Origin: an uncultured Actinomycetes bacterium
GTDB lineage: Bacteria; Actinomycetota; UBA4738; HRBIN12
Direction of reading: 5' to 3'
NCBI GenBank assembly: GCA_963734275.1
Contig: CAVTGO010000013.1
Coordinates: 128,552-192,551 of the forward strand
Length of the DNA: 64,000 nucleotides
In this document: positions 1 through 8,775 of the stretch, piece by piece
How the letters are laid out: each line of letters begins with the position of its first letter
Numbering within the stretch: position 1 is the first letter of the stretch
Notes under the pieces: generated by a model
The model's input: only the letters and a program-made list of their open reading frames with translations
Databases searched by the model: none
Told to the model about the DNA's origin: nothing
Made by a program: the position numbers and the translations under genes

Positions 1-1545
1 CCGCGCGAGCGACACCAGCTGGCGCTCGCCGACCGAGAGCGACTCGCCTCGCTCGCCGACGCGTGTCTCGAGCCCCGCCGCGAGCCCCTCGACCCAGCCG
101 CCGAGTCCGAGCTCCTCGAACGCGGCCTCGGTCTCGCGGTCGGTTGCGCCCTCGCGGCCGGCGCGGACGTTCTCGCGCACGGTGACGTCGAACAGGAAGC
201 CGTCCTGCGGCACCATCCGGATCGCGCGCTGGCGCGACGCGCGCGCGACCTGACGCAGATCCACGCCCTCGACCTCGATGCGGCCGGTCACCGGGTCGGC
301 GAGCCGCGTCAGGAGCTTGCAGAACGTGGTCTTGCCCGAGCCGGTCTCGCCCACGACCGCGACGTGCGCCCCCGCCGGCACCTCGAGCGACACGTCGCAT
401 ACGACCAGCGGGCCGCCGCCGTAGCGGTACGAGACCTCGGAGGCGCGGACGCCGAGCGGACCCGGCGGCACCTCGGCGCCGGGCGAGGGCTCCACGATCT
501 CGATCGGCATCTCCAGCAGCGCGAGGATCTTGCGCCAGCCGCTGATGGCGGTCTGCGTGTCTGCGTAGATCTCGGGCAGGTCCGTGAAGGTGTGGATGAA
601 CACGTCGGCCAGGAACAGGAAGGCCGCCACCCGGCCGAAGGTCAGCCCCCAGTCGGGACCGAACGTCGCGCCGGTGAAGATCACGACCGAGAGCGACACG
701 CCCCAGAAGATCGTGGCCATCGGGAACATCGTCGCCGTGCGGAAGTGCGCGAGGACCTGCGCGTCGTACCGGTCCCTGATCGCCCGCTTCACGCGGCGGT
801 CCACGCGGTCCTCGAGCCCGTACGCGCGGACGACGGCCGCGCCCATCACACTCTCGGAGACCTCGGACAGCATCTCGCCGACGCGCACGCGGACCGCGTC
901 GTACGCCGCCGAGAGCGATCCCTGCAGCTTCGCCACGATCAGCAACAGCGGCCCCACCATCAGCACGACCGGGATCGCGAGCTGCCACGAGTACACGAGC
1001 ATCAGCACCAGCGCGCCGAGGATCATCGCGAACGAAACGATCCACGCGATGCCGCCCCACTCGGTGAACTTCGACAGCGTGTCGACGTCGGCGGTCACCC
1101 TGGCGACGTAGACGCCGCGGCGCTCGCCCGACTGCGCCGCGATCGACAGCCGGTGGATGTGCTCGAACCCGCGGACGCGGAGCTCCATCAGGGCCTCCTC
1201 GGAGGCGCGCGCGAGGCGGCGCGCCGCGGCCCGGCCGGCGAGGTACGCCATGCCGACCAGCGCGAGCGACACGCCGCAGATCCCGAACACGAACGCGGGC
1301 CGGAATCCGCCGTCGAAGCCGTGGTCGAAGATCTGCTGGATCAGGATCGGCGTCACGAGGTTGGCGACCGTGGCCGCGAGCGAGACGACCACCGTGAAGC
1401 CGAGGCCCTTCCGAAGGGCCGGGCTCACGCGCAGGCCCTCCTTCAGCACGCTCCACGCGCCGCGCAGGTGCGCGGGGACCGGCAGGTCCTCCTCGGACTC
1501 GGCGGCGAGCGGCGTCTCCTCCTCGGTCGCGGTCGCCGTGCTCAT
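1..1545 (-). CDS. ABC transporter, fused permease/ATP-binding protein. The C-terminus is truncated by the window edge; the N-terminal start is reverse ATG at 1545..1543
   Basis: Minus-strand translation gives six-TM ABC exporter helices and, at the window edge, the ABC signature LSVGERQLVSLAR. The start overlaps the stop of the upstream ABC gene (ATGA). Confidence 0.85.
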   Translation of the reverse strand, partial: MSTATATEEETPLAAESEEDLPVPAHLRGAWSVLKEGLRVSPALRKGLGFTVVVSLAATVANLVTPILIQQIFDHGFDGGFRPAFVFGICGVSLALVGMAYLAGRAAARRLARASEEALMELRVRGFEHIHRLSIAAQSGERRGVYVARVTADVDTLSKFTEWGGIAWIVSFAMILGALVLMLVYSWQLAIPVVLMVGPLLLIVAKLQGSLSAAYDAVRVRVGEMLSEVSESVMGAAVVRAYGLEDRVDRRVKRAIRDRYDAQVLAHFRTATMFPMATIFWGVSLSVVIFTGATFGPDWGLTFGRVAAFLFLADVFIHTFTDLPEIYADTQTAISGWRKILALLEMPIEIVEPSPGAEVPPGPLGVRASEVSYRYGGGPLVVCDVSLEVPAGAHVAVVGETGSGKTTFCKLLTRLADPVTGRIEVEGVDLRQVARASRQRAIRMVPQDGFLFDVTVRENVRAGREGATDRETEAAFEELGLGGWVEGLAAGLETRVGERGESLSVGERQLVSLAR

Positions 1546-3320
1546 CGCTCGCCTCGCTCGTAGGCGCGGACCATCGCCTCGTAGCCGCGCTGGGTGGCCA
1601 TCAGCTCCTCGTGCGAGCCGGTCGCGCGGATCCGTCCGTCCTCCAGGTAGAGCACGCGGTCGGCCAGGCGGATCGTCGAGAGGCGGTACGCGATCACGAT
1701 CAGCGTCGTGCGCAGCTCGCGGCGCAGGCCCGAGAGGATCTCGGCCTCGATCGTCGGGTCCACGGCGCTCGTGGCGTCGTCCAGGATCAGCACGCGCGGC
1801 TCGCGCACCAGTGCGCGGGCGAGGGCCACCCGTTGGCGCTCGCCGCCCGAGAGCGTGTGACCACGCTCGCCGAGGATGGTGTCGAACCCCTTCGGCAGCG
1901 CGCGCACGAACCGGTCGGCCTGCGCGATCGTCGCGGCGCGCTCGGCCTGCTCGCGCGTGACGCCCGAGTCGAGCGCGATGTTCTCGGCAACGGTGTTCAG
2001 GAACAGGAAGCTCTCCTGGAACACGACGGAGGCGGCTCGGCGGAGCGACGCCGGGTCGGCGTGGCGCAGGTTCACGCCGCCGATCAGGACCTCGCCGGCG
2101 TCGGGGTCGTCCAGGCGCACGAGCAGCTGCGCGAGCGTCGACTTGCCCGAGCCCGTCGGACCGACGAGCGCGACCGACTCGTCCGCGTGGACGTGGAGCG
2201 TGACCTCGTCGAAGACCCGAGTGCCGCCGAACCCGTACGTGAGGGACTCGGCGCGGACGTCGAGCGGACCGTCGGGCAGCGGGACCGGCCGCGCCGGGCG
2301 CTCGATCGTGACGGGCTGCTCGAGGACCTCGACGACGCGGTCGTGGCCGACGACGGCGCGTGGGAGCTCGGACAAGATCCATCCGATGAACCGCATCGGC
2401 CACGCGAGCATCCCGAACAGCGTGACCACCTGGACCAGCACACCGAGCGTGATCGCGCCGGTCGAGACCCGCCACGCGCCCACACCGAGGAGCACCGTCA
2501 TCGCGAGCGACGGCAGAGCCTCGAGCGCCGGCTCGAACCCGGCGCGGACGAAGCCGGCGTCCACCCGCTCCTTTCGGAGCGCCTCGGCCTTCGCGTGCAG
2601 GCGTTCGGTCTCGGCGCGCTCGCGGCCGAGGGCCTTGACGACGAGCGCGCCGTCGATCGACTCGTGCGCGACGGCGGAGACCTCGCCGATCCGCTCCTGC
2701 GCCCGCCGGGCCGGGCCCTGCATCCGGCGCGCGAACGAGCGGTTCAGCAGGGCCATCGCCGGGACCACCAGCAGGCCGACGAGCGCGAGGTACGGGTCGG
2801 TCGCGATCAGCGAGCCGAGGGCGAACACGACGAGGAACACCACGCCGATCGAGAACGGGATCGGGTACAGCACGTCGATCGAGGCCTCGACGTCCGCCTC
2901 CATGTGCGCGAGGAGTTCGCCGGTCGGCTGCGCCCGATGGTAGGAGAGCGCGAGGTCGCGGTAGCGGTCGGATACGCGGTCGCGGAGCGTGGCGGCGACG
3001 GCCGAGCCGGCCACGCCGCTGTAGAACCGGCGGATCCCGATGCCGAGGGCGCGCAGGGACGCGAGCCCCATCACCGCGCCGATGCCGAGCCAGACGGTGG
3101 AGGCCGGGACGCCCTCGGAGCCGAAGGCGGGCCGCAGGACCCGGTCCGTCACGCGCCCGAGGGCAACCGTCACCGCGACCGAGGCGATCGCGAACACGAA
3201 CGCCCCGGCCACCGCGACCCCGAACGGGCGTGGGTGCATCCGGACGTACGAGACGATCAGGCGGAAGCCCCGGGCGAACAGGCCCTTCGCGTCGAGACGG
3301 TCGCGTTCGGCGGTGTCCAT
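1542..3320 (-). CDS. ABC transporter, fused permease/ATP-binding protein (MsbA-like exporter half-transporter)
   Basis: 592-aa ORF with TM domain then Walker A GPTGSGKST, signature LSGGERQRVALARAL and Walker B ILILDDATSAVD. Confidence 0.9.
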   Translation of the reverse strand: MDTAERDRLDAKGLFARGFRLIVSYVRMHPRPFGVAVAGAFVFAIASVAVTVALGRVTDRVLRPAFGSEGVPASTVWLGIGAVMGLASLRALGIGIRRFYSGVAGSAVAATLRDRVSDRYRDLALSYHRAQPTGELLAHMEADVEASIDVLYPIPFSIGVVFLVVFALGSLIATDPYLALVGLLVVPAMALLNRSFARRMQGPARRAQERIGEVSAVAHESIDGALVVKALGRERAETERLHAKAEALRKERVDAGFVRAGFEPALEALPSLAMTVLLGVGAWRVSTGAITLGVLVQVVTLFGMLAWPMRFIGWILSELPRAVVGHDRVVEVLEQPVTIERPARPVPLPDGPLDVRAESLTYGFGGTRVFDEVTLHVHADESVALVGPTGSGKSTLAQLLVRLDDPDAGEVLIGGVNLRHADPASLRRAASVVFQESFLFLNTVAENIALDSGVTREQAERAATIAQADRFVRALPKGFDTILGERGHTLSGGERQRVALARALVREPRVLILDDATSAVDPTIEAEILSGLRRELRTTLIVIAYRLSTIRLADRVLYLEDGRIRATGSHEELMATQRGYEAMVRAYERGER

Positions 3321-3363
3321 AGGGACACCATGATGCGGGACGGGGCGGGGCGGCGACCGGCAG

Positions 3364-4980
3364 CTAGCCGGTCGCGGAGGTGCGCGGAACGGTGACGACG
3401 GTGCAGCCGAGCGTCACGGGGTCGGCAGGTGTGCAGGTCACGTCGTCGGTCCCGCCGGTCACCACGAGCACCGAGACGTGCCGCGCACCCGGGTCGAGAG
3501 CGAACGTCTCCTGGATCCGGACAGCCCCCGAGGCGTCGCCGTGCCGGGTGACGCTGCCGACCAGCACGCCGACGGTGTCGCCGGGCATGAACTCGCGGAT
3601 CCGGACCTGGATCGTGTCGCGGGCCCCCACGTCGGGCACCCGGACCGACATCGTGGCCGACACGGGCGTGGCGACCGTCCCGACCGTCGTGGTCGGCGCC
3701 GTGAACGTCACCGGCGTCGTGAACGACACGGGGCCGCCGAACTCGACCGGGGTGGTGAACGAGACGGGCCTGGTCACGGTGACGGGGATCGTCTCCGCGC
3801 TGAACGTCACCGTCGCGGCGGGCACGGCCTCGGCGCGGTCGAGCAGCGGGGGCGCCGCCGCGAACAGCAGGGCGAACCCGAAGACGACCCCCGAGATCCC
3901 GGCGCCCCACCTGAGCATGCCGACGCGGCCAGCGTAGTGGCGGCCCGCGACGAAGATGTCGTTCGGGTTGGTGTACGGGTCGCGCGTCGCGAACAGCGGC
4001 ACCGCCGTGATGGCGACGGCTGTGGCGGCGAGCACGAACGAGAACCCGAGCCAGCCGGGCGTCTCGCGCGCGGCCTGGCCGAAGGCGCCGGTGGCCCACG
4101 CGAACAGCACGAGGCCGGCGATCGTCGCGACCTCCACGATCATCAGCGCCGTCAGCCGGCGCTCGACCCGCGCGACCTCGGCCGGCGGCGCGAGGTCGGA
4201 GGCCGTGCCCCGCTCGATCTGCGCGTCCCACGCGTCGACCGGCGTGCCGACGACGAGCGCCGGCTCGGGCATGTCGGCGCCGGTGAACACGATCTCGTGG
4301 TGGACGGCCGGCTCGCCCTCGCGGATCGGGCAGGTCACGGCGACGCGCCACGGCGCGGCGGGCGGCTCCTCGTCGATCGGGAGGCGCGGGGTGCTCCGGA
4401 TCGCGTCGACGATCGCGTCCTCGTCTTCGCCGGCGGCCGCGAGGCTCGCCGACAGGTCGCTGAGCAGGAAGACGCCCTGGGGGATCACGCGCGAGCGGGT
4501 CTCGGGACGGGTCAGCACGGCGTGCAGACCCGGGGAACGTGACGGCGCCTGTGGAAGTTCGTCTGTCTCGCGGTCCTCCGCGGTGCCGTCCCCGTCCTCC
4601 TCGAGGACCAGGAGGTCGTCCTGCCCGGGGGAGCCGCCCAGGCGACCCGCGATCCGCCCGCTGGCGGGATCGGTGGGGAACAGGTGGTCCAGCTCGTACA
4701 GGCCGGGCGGGCGCGTCATCGTGCGCTCGGACAGCACCACGACGGGCAGGTCAGCCGGCGCCGGCGAGCCGCTCACGATGTGCTCGATGGCGGCCCGCCG
4801 CTCGTTCCAGCTGTCGAGGTGCAGGTCGCGGACCTCGTCGACCACCCGTTCGGCTGTGGCGAGGTAGGCCGTCGGGCGGGGGATGAGGGCCCGTTCCAGT
4901 CGGACCTGGGCGGTGAGGTCGATCGGCTGGTTCTCGGCGCGGTGCGCGTGCGACGGGTGTGCGCAGACGTATCTGGTCAT
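3364..4980 (-). CDS. hypothetical membrane protein: acidic N-terminal domain, about 3 TM helices, C-terminal Thr/Pro/Val-rich repeats
   Basis: 538-aa ORF with hydrophobic segments (LTALMIVEVATIAGLVLFAW etc.) and repeated PVSFTTPVEF / PVSFTTPVTF units. Start uncertain. Confidence 0.5.
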   Translation of the reverse strand: MTRYVCAHPSHAHRAENQPIDLTAQVRLERALIPRPTAYLATAERVVDEVRDLHLDSWNERRAAIEHIVSGSPAPADLPVVVLSERTMTRPPGLYELDHLFPTDPASGRIAGRLGGSPGQDDLLVLEEDGDGTAEDRETDELPQAPSRSPGLHAVLTRPETRSRVIPQGVFLLSDLSASLAAAGEDEDAIVDAIRSTPRLPIDEEPPAAPWRVAVTCPIREGEPAVHHEIVFTGADMPEPALVVGTPVDAWDAQIERGTASDLAPPAEVARVERRLTALMIVEVATIAGLVLFAWATGAFGQAARETPGWLGFSFVLAATAVAITAVPLFATRDPYTNPNDIFVAGRHYAGRVGMLRWGAGISGVVFGFALLFAAAPPLLDRAEAVPAATVTFSAETIPVTVTRPVSFTTPVEFGGPVSFTTPVTFTAPTTTVGTVATPVSATMSVRVPDVGARDTIQVRIREFMPGDTVGVLVGSVTRHGDASGAVRIQETFALDPGARHVSVLVVTGGTDDVTCTPADPVTLGCTVVTVPRTSATG

Positions 4981-5031
4981 GGGGCACGTCTACCCAGGTG
5001 CGAAGAACCGCAAACGCGTTCCGCCCGCCGG

Positions 5032-6243
5032 TCAGGCGCGAGGGCGTTCCCCGTCGGGGTCGTAGAAGGCCCGGTCCGTGACCGTCCCGATGGCCGACGC
5101 CTGGCCCTCGGCCGCGGTCACCGTCACCTCCTCGCCGAGTGCGGATGGCGGGAGGTAGGCCATCGCGAGCGCCCGGCCGAGCGAATGGCCCTGGTCGGCG
5201 GAGGTGACGGTGCCGACCGGCTCGCCGTCCAGACGCACCTCGTCGCCGATCGCGGGCACGAACGACAGGTCGGGGAACGCGATCCCGAGCAGCAGCCGTT
5301 CGACGCCCTCGTCGCGCTGGCGCCGCAGCGCCTCGCGACCGACGAACCCGTCCGAGTCGAGGTCGACGGCCCACGCGAGGTTCGCCTCGAGCGGCGAGGT
5401 CGTCTCGTTCACATCGAGGCCGTAGAGGGGGTACTTCTTCTCCATCCGCACGCTGCGCAAGGCGCCGAGACCGGCCGGCACGGCGCCGAGATCCCTGCCG
5501 GCGTCGAGCACCGCGTCCCAGACGTGCTCGGCGTAGTCGCGCGCGTAGAAGAGTTCGTACCCGAGCTCGCCCGAGTAGCCGGTCCGAGACAGGACCGCGG
5601 GGACCTCGGCGACGGTGGCGTCGGTGAAGCGGAAGTAGGGGAGCGCCTCGGTCGCCAGGTCGGCGTCGGTGATCCCGGACAGCAGCTCGCGCGAGCGCGG
5701 ACCCTGGACCGACAGGTACGCGGTGCCCGAGATCGTGTTCGTCACGTAGGCCCGCCGGTCCTCGGCGTGCTCTCGGACCCACGCCTCGACGACGTCGGCA
5801 CGCGCGGGGGTGGCCACCAGCCAGAAGTGCTCGGCCGAATGCCGGAAGCACGTGAGGTCGTCCACCATCCCGCCCTCCTCGTTGCACACGGCCGAGTACA
5901 GGACGCCGCCGTCGGTCAGGCGGCGGGCGACGTCGCGCACCAGGATCGTCTGCAGGAGCGCTTCGGCGTCGGGTCCCTTGATGTCGATCGGGCCCGAGTA
6001 GTACACGTCGTACACGCCGGCGGCGCCGCGGGTGGCGAGATGCTCGTCCTCGACGCTGGTGAACACCACCGCGGCGTCGAAGCCGATCCGGTCTGCCATC
6101 TCGGCTCCGGCCTCGAGCAGCTTGTGGAAGTACGGCGTGTGTCGGCGTGCCAACCGGAGCTCCGTTCCGGGCTCGGCGATCCGGACGGGGAGGAGGATAC
6201 GGCGTTCGGTCTCCCCCGTACCCGGCGTCAGGCACGCGAGAAC
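5032..6243 (-). CDS. aminomethyltransferase family protein (GcvT-like, folate-dependent)
   Basis: Collinear similarity to GcvT (TPYFHKLLEAGAEM..., GMVDDL, TGYSGELGYEL, GLGALRSVRMEKKYPLYG). The long N-terminal extension of the 528-aa ORF is R-rich and not GcvT-like. A GTG start near 6243-6246 is inferred. Confidence 0.75.
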   Translation of the reverse strand, partial: VLACLTPGTGETERRILLPVRIAEPGTELRLARRHTPYFHKLLEAGAEMADRIGFDAAVVFTSVEDEHLATRGAAGVYDVYYSGPIDIKGPDAEALLQTILVRDVARRLTDGGVLYSAVCNEEGGMVDDLTCFRHSAEHFWLVATPARADVVEAWVREHAEDRRAYVTNTISGTAYLSVQGPRSRELLSGITDADLATEALPYFRFTDATVAEVPAVLSRTGYSGELGYELFYARDYAEHVWDAVLDAGRDLGAVPAGLGALRSVRMEKKYPLYGLDVNETTSPLEANLAWAVDLDSDGFVGREALRRQRDEGVERLLLGIAFPDLSFVPAIGDEVRLDGEPVGTVTSADQGHSLGRALAMAYLPPSALGEEVTVTAAEGQASAIGTVTDRAFYDPDGERPRA

Positions 6244-6284
6244 CACCCGCGATGAGTAGCCCCGTCGTGAGCCGAAACGCTGTG
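6232..6284 (+). promoter_or_regulatory. conserved upstream element, copy 1 (candidate promoter/operator or leader RNA) preceding Zn-ribbon paralog A
   Basis: 53 nt (gcacgcGAGAACCACCCGCGaTGAGTAGCCCCGTCGTGAgCCGAAACGCTgtg) about 90% identical to 7918..7970. It ends 31 nt before the ATG at 6316. Confidence 0.5.
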
Positions 6285-6315
6285 GTTCCCGGGCACCGCT
6301 TCCGATAGCAGAGCT

Positions 6316-6663
6316 ATGAACATCAAGACCAAGTGCCCCTCCTGCGGAGGCGTCGAGATGGGGATCCACGAGATCTCCCTGCGCCTCAAGGCCGACGGCT
6401 CGAACGGGATCTACGGGTTCACGTGCCCGAGCTGCAGCCTCGAGGTGAACAAGTCGGCCAGCCGCAAGACCGTCGCGCTCCTGATCGCCGCGGGCGTGGA
6501 GCCTGTCGAGGCCGACTTCGAGGCCATGGAGGCCGAGCTCCGGGCGCTTCCGGCCCAAGACCTGAGCCCGAACCCGGCCGCTCCGGCGTTCACGATGGAC
6601 GACCTCATCTCGTTCCATTTCCTGCTCCTGGACGACGCGGCGCTCGACGAGCTCGTCTCCTAG
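6316..6663 (+). CDS. small Zn-ribbon protein (CPSCGG...CPSC), paralog A; hypothetical
   Basis: 115-aa ORF. Paralogous (roughly 60% identity by eye) to the ORF at 8003..8356. Four Cys in two CxxC pairs; conserved C-terminal acidic FHFLLLDDAALDEL tail. Confidence 0.7.
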   Translation: MNIKTKCPSCGGVEMGIHEISLRLKADGSNGIYGFTCPSCSLEVNKSASRKTVALLIAAGVEPVEADFEAMEAELRALPAQDLSPNPAAPAFTMDDLISFHFLLLDDAALDELVS

Positions 6664-6776
6664 CTCCTCCCCAGGTCCTCCGTCTCCTCCGCCACCCCGG
6701 GTCGGGTCTCACGTAGCCTGGTACGGCGGCGGATCGACCGTCCCGCTGGGATCCGTGCACGCGAGGAGGGGTATCC

Positions 6777-6998
6777 ATGGAGCAGCGACCGGACGAGGAC
6801 CAGGCGATCGAGGAGCTCGAGCATGCGACCGATCCCGGACGTGCGGACGTACCCGAGGCCGACGCCTTGGAACAGGCCAAGGAGCTCGATCCCTCCGCCG
6901 AGCGCGAGCCCGACGCGGTCGGCGACAAACCCGAGTCGGACGCGCTGGACCAGGAGCGCGACGTGGGCGACGACGAGGGCGACGTCGAGCGCCGCTGA
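6777..6998 (+). CDS. small highly acidic hypothetical protein
   Basis: 73-aa ORF preceded by GAGGAGGGG about 8 nt upstream of the ATG. Low-complexity D/E-rich sequence. Confidence 0.4.
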   Translation: MEQRPDEDQAIEELEHATDPGRADVPEADALEQAKELDPSAEREPDAVGDKPESDALDQERDVGDDEGDVERR

Positions 6999-7000
6999 GC

Positions 7001-7849
7001 TCAGACGGTTCCGCTGAACGTGTCGCAGGCGGCCGGGTCGCCGGTTCGGTAGCCGGTGCGGAACCAGTGCTGGCGCTGTGCCGAGGACCCGTGGGTCCAG
7101 GTCTCGCGGTTGACCCGGCCCTGGAACTGCTCCTGGATCCGGTCGTCGCCCACCGCCGCGGCCGCGCTGAGCGCGTCGGCGATGTCCTGGTCCGTGATCA
7201 CCGCGATGAAGCCGGTCTCCTCGGCGTTCGCGGCCCAGGCCCCCGCGAAGCAGTCGGCCTGGAGCTCGATCCGCACGGAGGTGCTCTGCGGCCCCTGGTC
7301 GGTGCCACCCTGGTCAAGCGCGCCCAGGAGGTCCTGCACGTGATGGCCGTACTCGTGCGCGAGCACGTAGGCCTGGGCGAGCGGCCCGCTCCGCGCCCCG
7401 AAGCTATCGAGTTCCTCGAAGAAGCCGAGGTCGATGTAGATCGTGCCGTCGGCCGGGCAGTAGAAGGGCCCCACCCGGCTGGTGGCCGTGCCGCAGCCCG
7501 AGGTCGTCTGGTCGGTGAACAGGACCGTTTGCGCCTCCTGGTAGCCCTTCAGGCGGTCCCCCCAGAAAGCCTGGATGCTGTTCACGAAGCCCACGATCCG
7601 GCAGTCCTCGCTCTGCTGAGCATCCGCGCCCGTCCGGCACTCCTCGAGGTCCGAGCCCCCGCCGGTCGCCCCGTTCGGCGACCCTCCGGCGGTGAGGTTG
7701 AGCACGATGAGGACGATCACGACGAGCAGGCCGATCCCCCCGCCGCCCATCGCCATGCCCGGGCTGAGTGATGCGCCGCCGAACGACCGCTGGCCACGCC
7801 GGTCCTGGATCTGCGAGGGATCGAGCCTCGCCCGCTTGCGCCATCTCAT
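7001..7849 (-). CDS. YpfJ-family neutral zinc metallopeptidase
   Basis: N-terminus [20 protein letters not shown]..., Gly-rich TM segment and HEYGHHVQ zinc-binding motif. The start was chosen at the MRWR Met to match the family N-terminus. Confidence 0.85.
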   Translation of the reverse strand: MRWRKRARLDPSQIQDRRGQRSFGGASLSPGMAMGGGGIGLLVVIVLIVLNLTAGGSPNGATGGGSDLEECRTGADAQQSEDCRIVGFVNSIQAFWGDRLKGYQEAQTVLFTDQTTSGCGTATSRVGPFYCPADGTIYIDLGFFEELDSFGARSGPLAQAYVLAHEYGHHVQDLLGALDQGGTDQGPQSTSVRIELQADCFAGAWAANAEETGFIAVITDQDIADALSAAAAVGDDRIQEQFQGRVNRETWTHGSSAQRQHWFRTGYRTGDPAACDTFSGTV

Positions 7850-7917
7850 GCGGGGCACCCTACCCGGCTCGACCGGTCCCACTCCTGGCGAACGGCCTCC
7901 CCTGGGACCGGGGCCGT

Positions 7918-7970
7918 GCACGTGAGAACCACCCGCGTTGAGTAGCCCCGTCGTGACCCGAAACGCTACG
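7918..7970 (+). promoter_or_regulatory. conserved upstream element, copy 2, preceding Zn-ribbon paralog B
   Basis: Near-identical to 6232..6284. It ends 32 nt before the ATG at 8003. Confidence 0.5.
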
Positions 7971-8002
7971 GTCCGGCGTACCTTCGCGCCGATACTTCAG
8001 CC

Positions 8003-8356
8003 ATGAGCAACATCCGGACCAAGTGCCCGAGCTGCGGAGGCGTCGAGATGCGGCCCGCCGCCATCTCGCTGCGGATCCAGCCCGACGGCACCAGCGGCAT
8101 CTTCGGCTTCACCTGCCCCGAGTGCAGCCAGGAGGTCAACCGGCCGGCCAGTGAGCGGACCGTGGCCCTGCTGATGGCCGCGGGCGTGGAGCCCACGGAG
8201 GCCTTCGACTTCGGGGTCCGTGAGGCCGAGCTCCTCCAGCTCCCGCCAGAGGACCTCAGCACCATGCCCGGCGCGCCGGCGTTCACCCTCGACGACGTGA
8301 TCGCGTTCCACTTCCTCCTGGAAGACGACGCGGTGCTCGCCGAGCTCGCTGTCTAG
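8003..8356 (+). CDS. small Zn-ribbon protein (CPSCGG...CPEC), paralog B; hypothetical
   Basis: 117-aa ORF with the same architecture as the ORF at 6316..6663. Confidence 0.7.
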   Translation: MSNIRTKCPSCGGVEMRPAAISLRIQPDGTSGIFGFTCPECSQEVNRPASERTVALLMAAGVEPTEAFDFGVREAELLQLPPEDLSTMPGAPAFTLDDVIAFHFLLEDDAVLAELAV

Positions 8357-8357
8357 C

Positions 8358-8534
8358 TCAGCGCTTGACCTTCCGCTCCAGCTTGCCCGCGGTGTCCTGT
8401 ACCGATCCCTTGGCCTTCTGCACCGTCCCCTTCGCCTGAAGGCTCCGGTTCTTCGTCGCCTTGCCGACCGCCTTCTTCGCGGAACCCGCGACCTTGTTCG
8501 CCTTGCCCTTGGCCTGTTTCTCAGCGCCCGCCAT
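8358..8534 (-). CDS. CsbD-family general stress protein (58 aa); not in the ORF track because it is under 60 aa
   Basis: Minus-strand translation MAGAEKQAKGKANKVAGSAKKAVGKATKNRSLQAKGTVQKAKGSVQDTAGKLERKVKR, a typical CsbD KxxG repeat pattern. GAGAGGAGG precedes the ATG. Confidence 0.75.
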   Translation of the reverse strand: MAGAEKQAKGKANKVAGSAKKAVGKATKNRSLQAKGTVQKAKGSVQDTAGKLERKVKR

Positions 8535-8572
8535 CGCTGCCTCCTCTCTCGGTTTCGTGCGTCACCTCCCTG

Positions 8573-8598
8573 ATAACCGGGCGCGACCGATGTCAAAC
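8573..8598 (-). promoter_or_regulatory. candidate SigB/SigF-type stress promoter for the CsbD gene (GTTT-N16-GGTTAT)
   Basis: Minus-strand sequence CCGTTTgacatcggtcgcgcccGGTTATcagg lies about 35 nt upstream of the CsbD start. It matches the actinobacterial SigF/SigB consensus GTTT-N15-16-GGGTAT with one mismatch. Confidence 0.4.
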
Positions 8599-8674
8599 GG
8601 CCGTCGCGACGCGAGGGTTGGCCGGCGCCCGCCCCGGGTAGGAGCGGGGGAACCGTCCGACATGAGGGGGACAC

Positions 8675-8770
8675 GATGCTCGCAGCGCAGATCGGCATCA
8701 TCGGGATCGTCGTGGTCGTGCTGGTGGTTCTCGCCGTCCTATGGTTCATCCGGGGACGACGGACCGTCTA
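8675..8770 (+). CDS. possible 31-aa single-TM peptide (MLAAQIGIIGIVVVVLVVLAVLWFIRGRRTV)
   Basis: Short hydrophobic ORF just upstream of the PAP2 gene. Weak RBS. Speculative. Confidence 0.25.
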
Positions 8771-8775
8771 GGCGC

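Noticed and set aside
364-3395. Long plus-strand ORFs (364..1563, 1611..3395, 1876..2943) overlapping the ABC transporter genes
   Set aside because: R/A/G/D-rich low-complexity translations typical of antisense frames in high-GC DNA. The minus strand encodes clear ABC transporter motifs.
4684-6255. 523-aa plus-strand ORF and 494-aa minus-strand ORF (4751..6235) overlapping the GcvT-like gene
   Set aside because: Alternative-frame artefacts. Only the frame giving GcvT-like sequence has recognisable conserved motifs.
6232-6300. Possible ZTP (pfl-motif) riboswitch resemblance (CCGTCGTGAGCCGAAACG ... CCCGGGCACCGC) in the conserved leader
   Set aside because: The resemblance is partial and working from memory of the consensus. 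The 3' pseudoknot-like segment is not conserved in copy 2. The downstream genes are not purine/folate genes. Kept only as the generic RNA-element alternative in the paralog-leader finding.
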